Assembly: GCF_006345805.1 (NCBI RefSeq)
Contig: NC_043008.1
Span: forward strand, 18,972,001-19,036,000
Reading direction: 5' to 3'
DNA from: Octopus sinensis
Lineage: Eukaryota
Length of the DNA: 64,000 nucleotides
In this document: one piece after another, positions 1-13,626 of the stretch
Layout: every line of letters starts with the position of its first letter
Position numbering within the stretch: the stretch's first letter is position 1
Made by a program: the position numbers and the translations under genes
The notes under the pieces: model-generated
What the model saw: the letters and a program-made list of their open reading frames with translations, nothing else
What the model was told of the DNA's origin: nothing
The model's database searches: none

Positions 1-480
1 ATAATCGCAATATCGCATGTGTTTGCTTCATGTGGTCGCACGACCGGCTAGAAATAGCAACCAAATTTCTTCGAACCACGTTTTGCCGTCTCAACAGATG
101 GACAAATAAGTCAATGCTGTCAATGCTGTCTCAGATACACAAACGTAAATGATGGTCACGGCTGAAACTTCCCTGATCACTGGTCTGTGTTTCCTGGCCG
201 AAGTAGAGACAAACAACGACTGCGCCAGAAGTGGCACCTTTCCCAGTTGTATTCATTTGTGCTGCGTAGAAGTATGCCTGTTGTCGTTCATTATGCTAGG
301 GTAGCAGCCAGAACTCCTTTACGTCATGGAACTCAACATATACCCGCTTACTTTTACAAGATAACTTTCTTACAGATATATGCATGTGTGTGTGTGAACG
401 TATGTCAGTGTGTGTGCGTGTATATATATATATATATATTATATATATATATATATACATTATTATTATTATTATTGTTG

Positions 481-522
<42 letters not shown>

Positions 523-575
523 TATTATTATTATTATTATCATTATTATTATTATCCTTATCATCATCATCATCA

Positions 576-657
576 CTAAGTTACGTGGACGTAAACAGAC
601 CACCATCGGTTGTCAAGCGATGGTGGGGGACAAACACAGATACACAAACATACACAC

Positions 658-689
<32 letters not shown>

Positions 690-848
690 GACGGGCTTCT
701 TTCAGTTTCCGTCTACCAATCCACTCACAAGGCTTTGGTTGGCCCGAGGCTATAGTAGAAGACACTTGCCCAAGGTGCCACGCAGTGGGAATGAACCCGG
801 AACCATGTGGTTAGTAAGCAAGCTACTTACCACACAGCCACACCTGCG

Positions 849-850
<2 letters not shown>
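576..850 (-). mobile_element. tRNA-derived SINE family S2 with internal (TA)n
   Basis: Minus-strand head ggcgcaggtgtggctgtgtggtaagtagc...gggttcattccc; body ccttgggcaagtgtcttctactatagcc. Confidence 0.8.
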
Positions 851-905
<55 letters not shown>

Positions 906-1979
906 TATATATATAAATATATATCGTAAATAATTACTTCGTGTAGGATTGAACCCAAGACCAGCTCACTGTCACATTGTCATGAATAGACAAAAATAAG
1001 ATGTCTTCGATCATGTGTTATTGATTACGATTGATCTGTGGCTCAGCAACAACAACAGCCACTTTCAGAGGAAGGCATGATTACTTCGTGGTTGTTTTTG
1101 CTTTTGTCAAGTTTATTTGTGTTGTGTGTGATGAGAAATAACGAAAACCGAGAATCGAAACTACGAATCGTATTTCGCTTAACAACAGCTTCATTTCATT
1201 CTGTTCATTCGACGACGCTCGCCGTAAATTGTTGTATATTGTTAACAAAACAGACAAGAAAAGAAAACCACTGAACTTTGTCAGTATTTTTCAAATGCAA
1301 GTGATCAGGTGGTTTATATTTTCAGTACTGCGAGGTGACGAGGTAAAAATCTTTCACAGACATTCTATTGGATTAAATTTATCACTTCATCACTTTACGT
1401 TTTTATATATCTTCCTACGTTAAGAGACGAGGTGTTAAGCTGGTTTATAGTTGCTTTCTCTTAGCTTCGTCAAAGAAATGAATACACTCTTTCTTTTCTA
1501 TATTGTTTACAAAACAAATTTATGCAGCGGTGCGATTTCAATAATAGATACTCGTCGTTACGTTAAGGAACCACTTTCGATTTTTATCCCCACAAAAAAA
1601 AAATTGGGTCTACTTAATATCATGACTACGATAATATTCATTGTTGACAAAAGTAAGTTAAAATTAGATATCATTATTTAGACAGAGTTAGTATTAAAGT
1701 GTGCATAGGTAGGCAGACACTGCATCTTAAACAAAATTATATAACAGTTGTATTTGTAGACAAGAGTCAATTTTAAAAATATCTGAACCTGTTTGAATAA
1801 CGATAATTAATATATTGGTGTAACACTAAGCGTCTCAATAACTAACAGCAGACTACATGAGAACCACATGATCGCAACACATTCATTTATGTGGCAGTTC
1901 ATGCAGCCAGCGAAGGAGCTTCTATGCAACCTTTACAGCAAAAATACTTCCCTCAAAGTATACTCTATCGTCTTAAAAA

Positions 1980-2209
1980 GCGGTGAGCTGGCAGAAACGT
2001 TAGCACGCTGGGCGAAATGCGTAACCGTATTTCGTCTGCCGTTACGTTCTGGGTTCAAATTCCGCCGAGGTCGACTTTGCCTTTCATCCTTTCGGAGTCG
2101 ATAAATTAAGTACCAGTTACGCACTGGAGTCGATGTAATCGACTTAATCCGTTTGTCTGTCCTTGTTTGTCCCCTCTGTGTTTAGCCCTTTGTGGGTAGT
2201 AAAGAAATA
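1980..2209 (+). mobile_element. tRNA-derived SINE family S1, full copy with a 21-bp TSD
   Basis: Head gcggtgagctggcagaaacgttagc, B-box-like gttcaaattcc, tail gtagtaaagaaata. TSD tatactctatcgtcttaaaaa at 1959-1979 and 2210-2230. Confidence 0.88.
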
Positions 2210-3357
2210 TATACTCTATCGTCTTAAAAAAAGGAAGGTTTCATTGAGCAGTATAGGGGTGTGCGTAACTACAACGCATACTTACATTATATGTATTAAA
2301 CATTGATTGTTATTATATTTGATCAGCAGTTTGAAACGTTGCTTACATTTTCTTCTGACCAGGGTGTATTATCGATTGTCCTGGAAGGTACGTTTTATAT
2401 CTAACCTGGACAAATTATCTTTGCGAAATGAGCCCCGCACTTTACATTATGTCTCAACTAAAAACCAGCTGTGGACAGATCTGCAAATATATCTTTTCCT
2501 AGAATTAGCGACCCTGAATATATATGTAGCACATGCTTAAAGTCGCTACTTTTGGAGAAACAACTATTACATCACCCTAGTATATAAATGGTACTTTCTT
2601 CATCGACTAAGAAATGGTGAAAGGGAAAACTGATTTCGGTGACTAGATTTGAACTTGGATCACAAAGGAACGTAAATACCCTAAGGAAATTTCTTCGATG
2701 CTCAACTGGCCCACCAAAGTATAATAAATGTTATAATGGCAAAATGATAAAAGAAAAAACAAACAGGTTATATTTTTATAAGGTTTCAGGTATTCAGGTT
2801 AAATTCTACTGAATTTGTACGCCGTAAGAAGAAGAGTTTTCTGGTGTCCAAGACAAAAACCTTCGTCCCGTCCAGCTGGGGGGAACACATACGCCACAGA
2901 AACCGTGAAACGGGGCCCATGAGCCTGGCTAGGCTTGAAAAGGGCACATAAAAAAAATTTAGATATTCACCATGAGAGTACAGGTACACCATTCCACTAG
3001 TTCAAAGTCACACTGAATCCTTAGCTCTAAACTCTGGTACTTCGTCATTAAATAGTAAAATGACCAATTCAAGGTTGAATAATACAAAAGCAAGAGGGGT
3101 ACCGGTGGAGGCAAGGAAGTCTAGCCTATAAGAACAGGAAAAAATCGATGTTTCTTCCAATGATAAAAAATACAATTTGACTCGATTCCAACTAGACTAT
3201 GTCTAATTAATAGTTATGGTGGAACAAACGTTTCTATAAATCATTCGATAGTAACTACGGTGGAACAATCTTTATATAAATCATCTGCATTGAGAAATTA
3301 CTTTACACTAGTATTATTATTATTACTGTTGTTGTGATTGTTATTATTATTATTATA

Positions 3358-3427
<70 letters not shown>

Positions 3428-3428
<1 letters not shown>

Positions 3429-3790
3429 GGCGGTGAGCTGGCAGAAACGTTAGCACGCCGGGCGAAATGCTTAGCGGTATTTCGTCTGCCGTTACGTTCT
3501 GACTTTCAAATTCCGCCGAGGTCGACTTTGCCTTTCATCCTTTCGGTGTCGATTAAATAAGTACCAGTTATGCACTGGGTCGATATAATCGACTTAATCC
3601 GTTTGTCTGTCCCTTTTTGTCCCCTCTGTATTTAGCCCCTTGTGGGCAGTAAAAAAATAGGTATTTCGCCCGTCGCTACGTTCTCAGTTCAAATTCCGCC
3701 GAGATCGACTTTGCCTTTCATCCTATCGGGGTCAATAAAATAAGTACCAGCTGAACGCTGGGGGTCGATGTAATCAACTTACCCACCACC
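3428..3790 (+). mobile_element. SINE S1 dimer
   Basis: Head plus core repeated at a 183-bp period (3478, 3661). Confidence 0.8.
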
Positions 3791-4269
3791 ACCACCGCCA
3801 CCACTTCCTCCAAGCTGCCGTTGTGGCAAAAATTTAGAATTAATAACAACAATAAAAAATAGAAATTACAAACTATGCATAGAACAAAAAAAAAGAAAAA
3901 CAACTTTGATGCTGAAACACAGAAACCGACAAACACACACTCATGCACCCAAAATCAACACAACCACAAACGCCTTCAGCACTAAGAACATCTTAACAAA
4001 TAGAAAATACGACCAACATCATTAACAGCGTATCCAAACCAAACGAAAAGCGTTCTCAACAGCTCGATCATAGACACGAAAGACAAGGACGTTATGACGT
4101 TATAAATCATAATATCAACGCAGTCATTATCAACAATGACAACATCATATCACAATATAATATTCCAACTCGTAATAAAATTATAAAACCAAACAAAGAA
4201 ACGGATAAAAGATTAAAGACAAAATATTGCAAAAGAATGGGTGATTTCCGAGGGACTTTTAATAAAAGG

Positions 4270-4490
4270 CTTTAAGCTCTATCTGCGACGATTTCATCTC
4301 AATCGAAAGAGAGGGGCTTTCTCCGTCCGGGTTGCGGATCCGTGGAATAAGCTGCCGGACGAGATAGTGAAGATGCCGACGACCGCTCGGTTCAAAGTAT
4401 CTCTTGACCAGAAATGGCCTGAACTCTTTGCATGAACATCCTCCCTGTACATAACTCCATGTCCCCCTACATGGCCCTACATGGCTCACT
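4270..4490 (+). mobile_element. CR1/L2-type LINE 3' end
   Basis: FKLYLRRFHLNRKRGAFSVRVADPWNKLPDEIV...FKVSLD is a typical CR1-group ORF2 C-terminus, followed by a short 3' UTR. Confidence 0.75.
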
Positions 4491-4499
4491 CTCATACAT

Positions 4500-5480
4500 C
4501 AAGAAGAACGAAACACCTGTCCTTCCACAGAAATAAGGAAATGGGCTTTATCACTTTCCTACCTCTTGCCGAACGTGGAGAAATACGGAACTTAGAAACT
4601 GTTTTCAAAACGCCTAAAATGTCGTTAACACTCACAGCCCTCTACTGGTCGGGCAATATAGTCGGTGGAAGTTCTATGGCGTTTTATAGCGGATTACTGG
4701 TGGGTAAGAGCGACAGCGTCCGCAGGGAAACTCTGAGCATCGATGAGAATCAAGAAGCTGGTTCGTTCTGGAAGATTTCGACTCAGAGCACGTGGATAAA
4801 TTCCAGTAATTCATGGCCTGGTAGTGTTGCCGGGGTTGGTGGAGGGTTCTGTCGATTCTGGATAAACTATACTGGCATAATATTTGTAGTGCTGGAGCCG
4901 GTCCTGTCCAAGATGAACGCTGAACGTCGAAGCCGTCCTGCACGCACTCGTATAGTACCAGAGCTTTGCTGACTTGTGGAGTTATGTTGACCAGCGACTA
5001 CCAAGTGTAGGACGGATCCGACTATTATCCAACTCCATCGTGAAGATCGCCCCGGTATCTTCTTTTGGTCATCTGTCTAGAGGTTATGATGAAAGAGATT
5101 GTGCGGTGGACGAGAATGAAAGGACTGAGGACACTTTCCTCTTCGACCAAACCCTAATCGATTTTTTCAATTCCATCTATAAAGGAAGGTGAGCATGGAG
5201 AGGGTGTTTATATATCTCTCAGTAAATTTGTTGATTGGTGGGAGAATGTGACGAGATGGCACGCGTGGATTTACTCCGAGGTTACACCTGAAGATTGGAG
5301 TGAACGGATGAGTTAGGGTTGCTTTCCAGTGGTACCCTTTGCTTTGCGGTCGAAGTGATCCAGGATCGGTGGCGTTTCTTCGTTGCCCCTGGGTGGTATT
5401 TCTCACTGTTAAGGAATATTTTGTTGTCATCAATTTCCCTAACTTCTATTGTTTTATTGATACGCGTCTACTCATAAATC
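4500..5480 (+). mobile_element. Decayed L1/Tx1-like LINE 3' region (zf-RVT-like)
   Basis: Broken frames DKLY.HN, VLHALV, LWSYVDQ..VGRIRL..SIVKIAP, DTFL..Q.LIDFF, shared with 33850-34420 and 40313-40625. Confidence 0.6.
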
Positions 5481-5544
5481 CTCATTCTACCTTCGTCTTC
5501 GTATCGTACAAAATATATTTTTCAGACCTTGTGGCCAACAATGA

Positions 5545-5757
5545 AAATAGCAATAGTAGTAGTAGTAGTAGTAGTAGTAGTAATAGTAGTAGTAGTAATG
5601 GTGATGATGGTGGTGGCAGTGGTGGTGTTAGTAGTAGTAGTGGTAGTAGTAGTAGTAGTAGTAATAGTAATGGTGGTGATGGTGATGATAGTGGTGGTGT
5701 TAGTAGTAGTAGTAGTAGTAATAGTAATGGTGGTGATGGTGATGATAGTGGTGGTGT

Positions 5758-5789
<32 letters not shown>

Positions 5790-5949
5790 ATGGTGATGAT
5801 GGTGGTGGCAGTGGTGGTGTTAGTAGTAGTAGTAGTGGTAGTAGTAGTAGTAGTAATAGTAATGGTGGTGATGGTGATGATAGTGGTGGTGTTAGTAGTA
5901 GTAGTAGTAGTAATAGTAATGGTGGTGATGGTGATGATAGTGGTGGTGT

Positions 5950-5987
<38 letters not shown>

Positions 5988-6084
5988 ATAGTGGTGATGG
6001 TGGTGGCAGTGGTGGTGTTAGTAGTAGTAGTAGTAGTATTAGTAGTAGTAGTAAAGGTGGTGATGGTGATGATAGTGGTGGTGT

Positions 6085-6130
<46 letters not shown>

Positions 6131-6132
6131 TG
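5545..6132. repeat. Compound (AGT)n/(GGT)n/(GAT)n repeat with ~190-200-bp higher-order period
   Basis: The block gatgatggtggtggcagtggtggtgttagt recurs at ~5603, ~5795 and ~5995. Confidence 0.85.
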
Positions 6133-7117
6133 TAGCAAACTACATCAAAATGCTTCCCTTTGTTTTAGATTCATAGCTCAAACACCGAGAAGACCGATAT
6201 TCGCCTTTCACCCCTCTTCATTGATCTGCTTCTAAAACATTCACCAGTAATGTACTTCACTATAACAATAATGTCAGTCTGCTACCCACACTTCCTATGC
6301 AAATTTTTCTTTTATTTTTGGCCTTGTGCCAATGTAAGAAAATCAATAGTTGATTAGTTATTCTTATTAAAAGCTCGTTAGACAAAATTAATTCTGTTGC
6401 ATGAAAATTTAATTAAACTATACATCGTTTAAACTAAAAACAACACAGTCTGAGTTTCGTTATATATTATTAAACGTGAGAAACAAAATACCCGGATGTT
6501 CACCTTTAGTTAAAGATTCTTTATTGATGGAGTTTGTTATTTATTATATTTTGCGCAATAGAATACACAAAACTAAATATATTTTAAAAATATATAAAAA
6601 GAGAAACGATTTCGGTTCGAAAGAAAAGCTCCTAAAATTACTTTAATTAAAATTGTGCCTAATTATTTTCATGATACTAATTTTTTTTTAGAAAAATTAA
6701 CAAGTAATTAAAATAATTATTTGTTCTGTTTTCTTTTTTTTTATTATTTTGTTCTTCTTTTGTTGTTGTTGTTGGTTTTTTTTCTCTTCATCTGTTCTTA
6801 ATTAACAGGTATCTCCGTGTTGCGTTGTATGCAAATCCAACCGCGGTGAATTTCATTTAAAAAAAAATAATAAAATAAACTATTATCGTGTTACAATTTT
6901 ATAGGCAGAAGTTTCACAGCTTTTGAATTGCAAAAATTCACTCTTTCCTTCGAGCCTATGACAAACGTCACATCACAGTTTGATTGCAACTTCGAGCTGA
7001 TAAAGCAACAGCATAATCACTCGTATTGACTGAGAATTTTGTTCACATAGCTGTAAAATATTATGCATCGCTCTTATTATACCATTTCGCTGGAAATACT
7101 CAACCAGCAAAAGCTAG

Positions 7118-7541
7118 GGATCTTTTCGGTTTGAACGGCAGTTTCTCTAGCGGTGTCATATGAAATTGTCAACCATAATTATGACCCTAGTATCGATCTA
7201 TTACATTTCAATCTATTTTAGGATTAGGGTTAGTTAGGGTTAGGGGTGGGTGAAGGGTATCTTTTTTTTCTTCACAAATGTAAATAACATCAATTTGTTT
7301 CTTAAACAAGGGACATATTCATACGGCACAGAATGTTTTCACCTCAATAGACGGTCACTGATTGGTTGAAATTGCCGAAATGCAAAAAATTAAAGACCAA
7401 ATATCTTACAAACTATAGAATTTTCTCAATAAAGCCAAGAGAAAAAGATGTTTTATAAACACATTCTACCAGTATACGAAGTTAAAAATTTTTTAGTTAC
7501 CTAGAAATTGTTAAAAACTGCCTTTCAAACCGAAAAGATCC
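7118..7541. mobile_element. MITE with 27-bp TIRs and an apparent 8-bp TSD
   Basis: ggatcttttcggtttgaacggcagttt versus aaactgcctttcaaaccgaaaagatcc (1 mismatch). Flanks aaagctag/aaagctac; internal ttagggttagttagggttagggg. Confidence 0.75.
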
Positions 7542-7705
7542 AAAGCTACAGATATTTAAAATATAAACCAGTCGGTTTATCGGTATTCTTAAGTGTAAGG
7601 ACAAAATACAGGGTGTTGGAAATCTACAACGATTCAAGTGTGATTTTGTTATCAATGATTATTTTTCAGTTAAACTACTTAGATATATAATGGTTTCACA
7701 TTTTG

Positions 7706-7900
7706 GCACGAGGCCAGAAATTTGTGGGAGGGGTACGTCGGCTACATCGACCCCAATACGTAACTGACACATGTATGTTATCGACCCCGAAAAATTGAAA
7801 AGCTTCTATCGGCGGAATTTGAACTCAGAACGTAAAAACGGATGAAATGCTGCTAAGCATTATGCCCGGCGTGCTAACGATTCCGCCACCTCGCCGCCTT
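7706..7900 (-). mobile_element. SINE S1, diverged copy
   Basis: cggcggaatttgaactcagaacgt...gcccggcgtgctaacgattccgccacctcgccgcc. Confidence 0.7.
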
Positions 7901-8080
7901 CAAAAAAGAATAAATTCTGCGAAATCTAGTAGTACCCTTTTTTTCGTACGTGCACAGATTCAGAAAATTACCTCGCTGTTATACACACACACACACAAGC
8001 ACATACATACACTTATATTCACAAACACGCGCACATACACGCAAACACACGCACACACCTCACCACACATTATATATCTA

Positions 8081-8311
8081 TTTCTTTACTACCCACAAGG
8101 GGCTAAACACAGAGAGGCTAAACAAGGACAGACAAACGGATCAAGTCGATTATATCGACCCTAGTGCGTAACTGGTACTTAATTTATCGACCCCGAAAGA
8201 ATGAAAGGCAAAGTCGACCTCGGCGGAATTTGAACTCAGAACGTAACAGCAGATGAAATACGGCTACGCATTTTGCCCGGCGTGCTGACGTTTCTGCCAG
8301 CTCGCCGCCTC
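8081..8311 (-). mobile_element. SINE S1, full copy with a 15-bp TSD
   Basis: TSD cacattatatatcta at 8066-8080 and ~8314-8328. Confidence 0.88.
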
Positions 8312-8599
8312 GCACATTATATATCTACAAAGGACTAATATTACAAGACAGTATTTCAAATGGCCATTCACACATATTTACATATGTACTCTAATATAAT
8401 TATTGATCGTAAGTAAATATATGTATATTTAACAACATCTATTGGTTCAATTTAAACAGAGGCGCCCTGGTGGCCAATTGTTGTAAGGGAGATAATCATT
8501 TCTAGATAAATCTTGGCAGGATTAGACGTTTAAAATTTAAATCGAAGACCAAACAAGAAGCAGAGAATCTTTCATCTGTTGTCTTTCATCTTTTGTATA

Positions 8600-9062
8600 T
8601 TCTTTACTTGTTTTAGTCATTAGACTGCGGCTATGTTGGGGCACCACCTTGTCGATTTTTTAATCAAATTAATTGACTCCAGTTTTTTGCTACTTATTAT
8701 TTTGTGTCTTTTATCGACTTCCATTGTACCGGAATGCAAACAGACAAATACAAGACAAATATAGATACAAACACATATTCAAATAAGTAAAATATAATAT
8801 CATGAGTAGCGATAGCGAAACCGGTCGATATATTAAAAACTATATAATAACTAAGTAGGTGTGCGTATTTTCCTTTTTTATTTTCTTATATATATATATA
8901 CGACAAATGTCTTTCAGTTTCCGTCTGCCAAATCCACTCACAACGCTTTGGTCAGTCTAGGGTTATAGTTGAAGACGCTTGCCGAAGGTGCTACACAGTG
9001 GGAGTGAACCCGGAACCAAGTGGTTGGGAAGCAAAATTCTTACTACATAGCCATGCCTGCGC
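8600..9062 (-). mobile_element. SINE S2, diverged copy
   Basis: Tail part 8600-8770; head part 8890-9062. Confidence 0.65.
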
Positions 9063-9647
9063 CCATATATGTAATTATTTATTTATTTCCTTAGCCGTTA
9101 GCAAGATCTTAAAGTTTCTTATCATAGACAATAACGTATGATACAAAATTATTAAAATCAATTTGAGGATAGTTTAGTTCATGTTGACATGAGAAACGAA
9201 TGTTTAAGCCTCGTTTAAGCCTTGTTTAGCGGTTGTTTAAGCCTTTCGTTTAACATTCTCGCGAAGCTTCTGCTTAATCTTATAGAAGAGATTTTGGTTG
9301 CAATTTGTGTAGAGAGTTGATGGAACACCGTAAGGAAGTGCTTGAGTAAATCTCATTAGAGAATTTCGTTTCCCGTTGTTGAACGATGAACTTTTAGACA
9401 GAATAGATGCAAAGACGTGCAGTCTACACCGAACGTTGCTTATATTATCGTTATGTTATGCACGGAAATATAATTAACATATGTCAGAAATATGGTTGAC
9501 CTTTATAGCAAAGAAAAGTGGGGTACGTGTGTGTGTGTGTATCTATGTGTGTATTGAGTATATGAGTGTGTCTGCGCATGTACTTTTGTGTGTTCGATGG
9601 GTTGGAGTATAGATTCCTGTATATATATTGTAAATACTAAATAAATG

Positions 9648-9687
<40 letters not shown>

Positions 9688-10437
9688 ATACATATATATA
9701 TGCGTATATTTATATATATATATAATTATGAATTTTATATCAAAAATATGATACATATATAGATAGACAGATATATATATATATATATCTATATATATAT
9801 ATATAATATATATATATATATATACATGAACGTATATATGTGTGTGTGTGCTTATACATACATAAATGTAAATACATACAAACACACGCACGCACACGTG
9901 TATATATACATGCATACATATATACATACACACATACGTATATTCATACATACAATCATACGTATGTACGCACGTAAGTACAACCATACACGCATACATA
10001 CATACGTACATACATACATACATATATACGCACATATATACATACATACACACGTGCATACATACATACAGACAGACAGACAGACATACAGAAGAGTGAG
10101 AGAAAGATCGCATGCTTATATTTTCATTTACGTTTTAATTAGCTCGCATTATGATTTTGTGCTCCCTCAAGCAGAATAAATTATGTATAATCTTGTATGG
10201 CTTATTATATTGTAATGATATCTAGTTTTATATATTATTTCAAGGAATAGAAAAATATATGATTTTTAAAACCCTTCAAACTCTATTAATATTGCATTCA
10301 ATATACGTACATTCATATATATATACATATATATATATGTGTGTGTGTAGGTAGGTAGGTAGGTAGGTAGGTAGGTAGGCAGGCGTATATGTGCATGCAT
10401 TTTTTGAATTAAATATAATTTAAAACATAGATGGATT

Positions 10438-10481
<44 letters not shown>

Positions 10482-10482
10482 A

Positions 10483-10543
<61 letters not shown>

Positions 10544-10548
10544 CAGAC

Positions 10549-10654
<106 letters not shown>

Positions 10655-10776
10655 GACTTTCAGATAGACATAGAGCACTTACATGTTTACAATTTTGAAA
10701 TATTTAAAAGAATGATTATGTCCAGGCTATTTGTTATGCCTCAGTCAAAAGGCAACAGCTAACAAGTATTCATTAC

Positions 10777-10929
10777 TTCCTTCATAATTTCATATGCTCT
10801 CCTCTCATTGGCTGTAAAACCACTAACGCTATACAACCCTTCGGCTTGTAATCGTTTTCCTGTCAACATCATCGTTCTCAGTATTAAAATATGCTCGTTT
10901 AACTCTCCTGCTTTTTGAGTCAAATATAT
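10777..10929 (-). CDS. Candidate 153-nt exon, possibly a divergent M13 C-terminal (GENIAD-region) exon
   Basis: Acceptor gttttcttgcAG, donor GTaatg, open in phase 0/0: IYLTQKAGELNEHILILRTMMLTGKRLQAEGLYSVSGFTANERRAYEIMKE. By-eye similarity to NGKxTxGENIADNGGLxxAYRAY. Confidence 0.3.
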
Positions 10930-11565
10930 CTGCAAGAAAACTTTGAGATGACAATCACCACCATATCTGGTCTACTTAGTGTTGAGAAATCGTTTTAGTG
11001 TCGAATAAAATATTCATACTATTTAGTTATCCTGCCTTTACTGTTTCAAATCTGCCGAGGTTATCTTTTTCTTTTCACATATACAGACTTGATAATAATT
11101 TTCCTTCAAATTATCAGTATTATGAAATGAAATCATTAGAACTAGGAATATCTAGCGTGTAATTCTCTCCTCCTTATCATCCTACCTCTCATCTTCGTTC
11201 TTTTCTATTTTAATTCTGACATTGATTTAATGTTACTCATTTGATGTTACTCACTGATCGCTAAAAAGCGAAGCTCGCAAAGGTGAGATGAGGTAACTCC
11301 GAGATACAATTTTTTCTTTTATTTCTTTTTTAGTTTTTTGGAGTTTTTTTGACATTTTTGTCGCTAATTCTTATAAGAAATGTATAAAAATCAACACATC
11401 ATTATTCTACAACTGATGAGGTTAAAAATCTGCTGATGTATACGGAACATAAGGATAGGGCATCAGATGATATCGCAATGTGGCTGGAACTTCAACTTAT
11501 TTCGGTGACTACGTTTTGGCACTGTGAGCAAACACACTCACTCGGGAACAGGAATATACACATAC

Positions 11566-11613
<48 letters not shown>

Positions 11614-12287
11614 ACACGCATACAGACAGGGAGACAAGAGGGAAAGAAAGAATGAAAATAAAGATTTTTGATGTCAAATAAGTCGGCGTCGAATCACCGA
11701 TTCCAGATGTGAAGTGCAAAAGCGGCTGTACCACGTGGTCTCATACTCTAATGAATGAAATAGATAAGTAAAAGTCAAAAGATTATTATTGTAGACGCTC
11801 AAGAGTAATTTAATACTACAATCTTGATGACTCGTATTTTTTTTCTGGTTAAATACGATGGTCCTACCTTTTTACTGGAAAAGTAACAATTGAAGTTTTT
11901 AATATTCACAATTTTCATAAAATATTAAAAATAAAACACACAGGTTTGGTTAACAGAGGTCAACAAACTAAAATTGAAGGTAGATCGTACTCCAAACTTG
12001 CCAGGAAATTTCTTAAGTTACATTTCTCATCCCACTTTCAGATTATAATATTTAACGAGATTGAATAGAATGAACAAACCCGACTTTGAGTTTCCTTTGT
12101 CCAACTTCAAATATTCCCTATTTGATCGGTTACTGAACCGAAAAATTGATCATTGAATAATACGAAGCGAATAACGAGACAATCGATATCACCCATAATG
12201 CTATTTACTTTTATGGGTCAACTAACATTTAGTAGGTCAAACTAAATCTGTCTCTGTTTATACTGCAGTAACAGAAATTGTATTTAC

Positions 12288-12364
12288 CGCACAAAGTACT
12301 CTTGCCGTCTTTTCTTGCTTTTAAGCGGAAGTATTCTTGTGTGCAATTCAATTGCAGTCGCCAT
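12288..12364 (-). CDS. Candidate coding exon of unknown identity (MATAIELHTRILPLKSKKRRQEYFV(R))
   Basis: ttcaaaATGGCG start context, 25 open codons, then donor cg|GTaaat. There is no good acceptor upstream. Protein not recognised. Confidence 0.2.
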
Positions 12365-13044
12365 TTTGAAATTCAACTTCTCTTAATTATTCTCATTTAG
12401 GTGTGTGCAAGTGTGTTTGCGTTTGTGTGTCTATGTGTTTCACAGAGAAAAGGAGAGAGAGAAAGAATAAGTAAATAAGGGAAGAAGTGAGTAAGTGAGC
12501 TAATGTATGAGACAGTGTAATTGATTGAGAGAGTGAGAGTGATATTTTATGTGTGTGCATACATCTATAAACAGGACACGTGTCACACCTATCCATAAAC
12601 TAACACAAACACTAGAATTAAGAAACTCATGAACATGAAACCACACACAAAACTTGTACACTTCTTGTACACTTAAACTACTACATCAGAAAAAGAGATG
12701 TACAATCGACTCACAGATGTATCACACGTGAAATAAACTATGAAAGTAAACGGGAATTAAGCGTTCGACAATTCTAAACTTGATAATGAGGACTTTATCA
12801 ATTACACCCTCATTCACTTGTACACAAGATACGATAATAATGCAACACTGTCGTCATCATTGAGAAGCTGAAGCCGAGAATATCTTGCAGCTTTAAGGGA
12901 GTTAGGAACATTATTGCTCCAAAGGTGAGTTAATGGCTCATCGGAAAAATATGAAAAATTGTAAATAAAAAAGAGATTTCACTCGAACACACTCGTATCT
13001 TCAATATATGTTGGAAAATGCGGCACAATGCACAAAAAAGATAC

Positions 13045-13369
<325 letters not shown>

Positions 13370-13417
13370 TTTCTTTCTTTTCTCTCCTTGTTTCTCTCCT
13401 TGTTTTTTTTCTGTGTC

Positions 13418-13454
13418 CTTTTCTCTAGAAGAGCGTAGGCTCGAAACCTAAAAG
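13418..13454 (+). ncRNA. Decayed minimal hammerhead-like motif
   Basis: ctttt-CTCTAGA-A-GAGC(gtag)GCTC-GAAA-CCTA-aaag; same family as 63948-63983. Confidence 0.3.
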
Positions 13455-13595
13455 ACTTTTTTAATTCCTGAGCGTTATACTAATACATCGGTTTGTTTTC
13501 TACACCACCTGTCTTCGTCTTTTGTTTTTGTTTTTTTTTTTCTTTCGTGAACTCTCCCCCTAGATAGATAGATAAATAAATAGATAGACAGATTG

Positions 13596-13626
<31 letters not shown>

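Noticed and set aside
1038-1700. Signal-peptide-like ORF and plus-strand splice signals (also the acceptor at ~6808)
   Set aside because: No recognisable protein or consistent exon chain could be built; it might be UTR or promoter sequence, but this is unsupported.
1885-1905. HELPH (HExxH) on the minus strand
   Set aside because: It is bracketed by stop codons within a few residues and lacks M13 context; a chance match.
5339-6235. 298-aa Ser/Gly/Asp-rich ORF resembling a structural or biomineral protein
   Set aside because: It is a compound trinucleotide repeat open in several frames on both strands, with no credible start, signal peptide or splice context.
7215-7250. Interstitial telomere
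   Set aside because: Only about three imperfect TTAGGG units, and they lie inside a TIR-bounded element.
10820-10850. EGLYSVSGF as a RhoGAP arginine-finger motif
   Set aside because: The catalytic Arg is absent, flanking RhoGAP residues do not match, and no other RhoGAP exons were seen. Kept only as a low-confidence exon with an alternative M13 reading.
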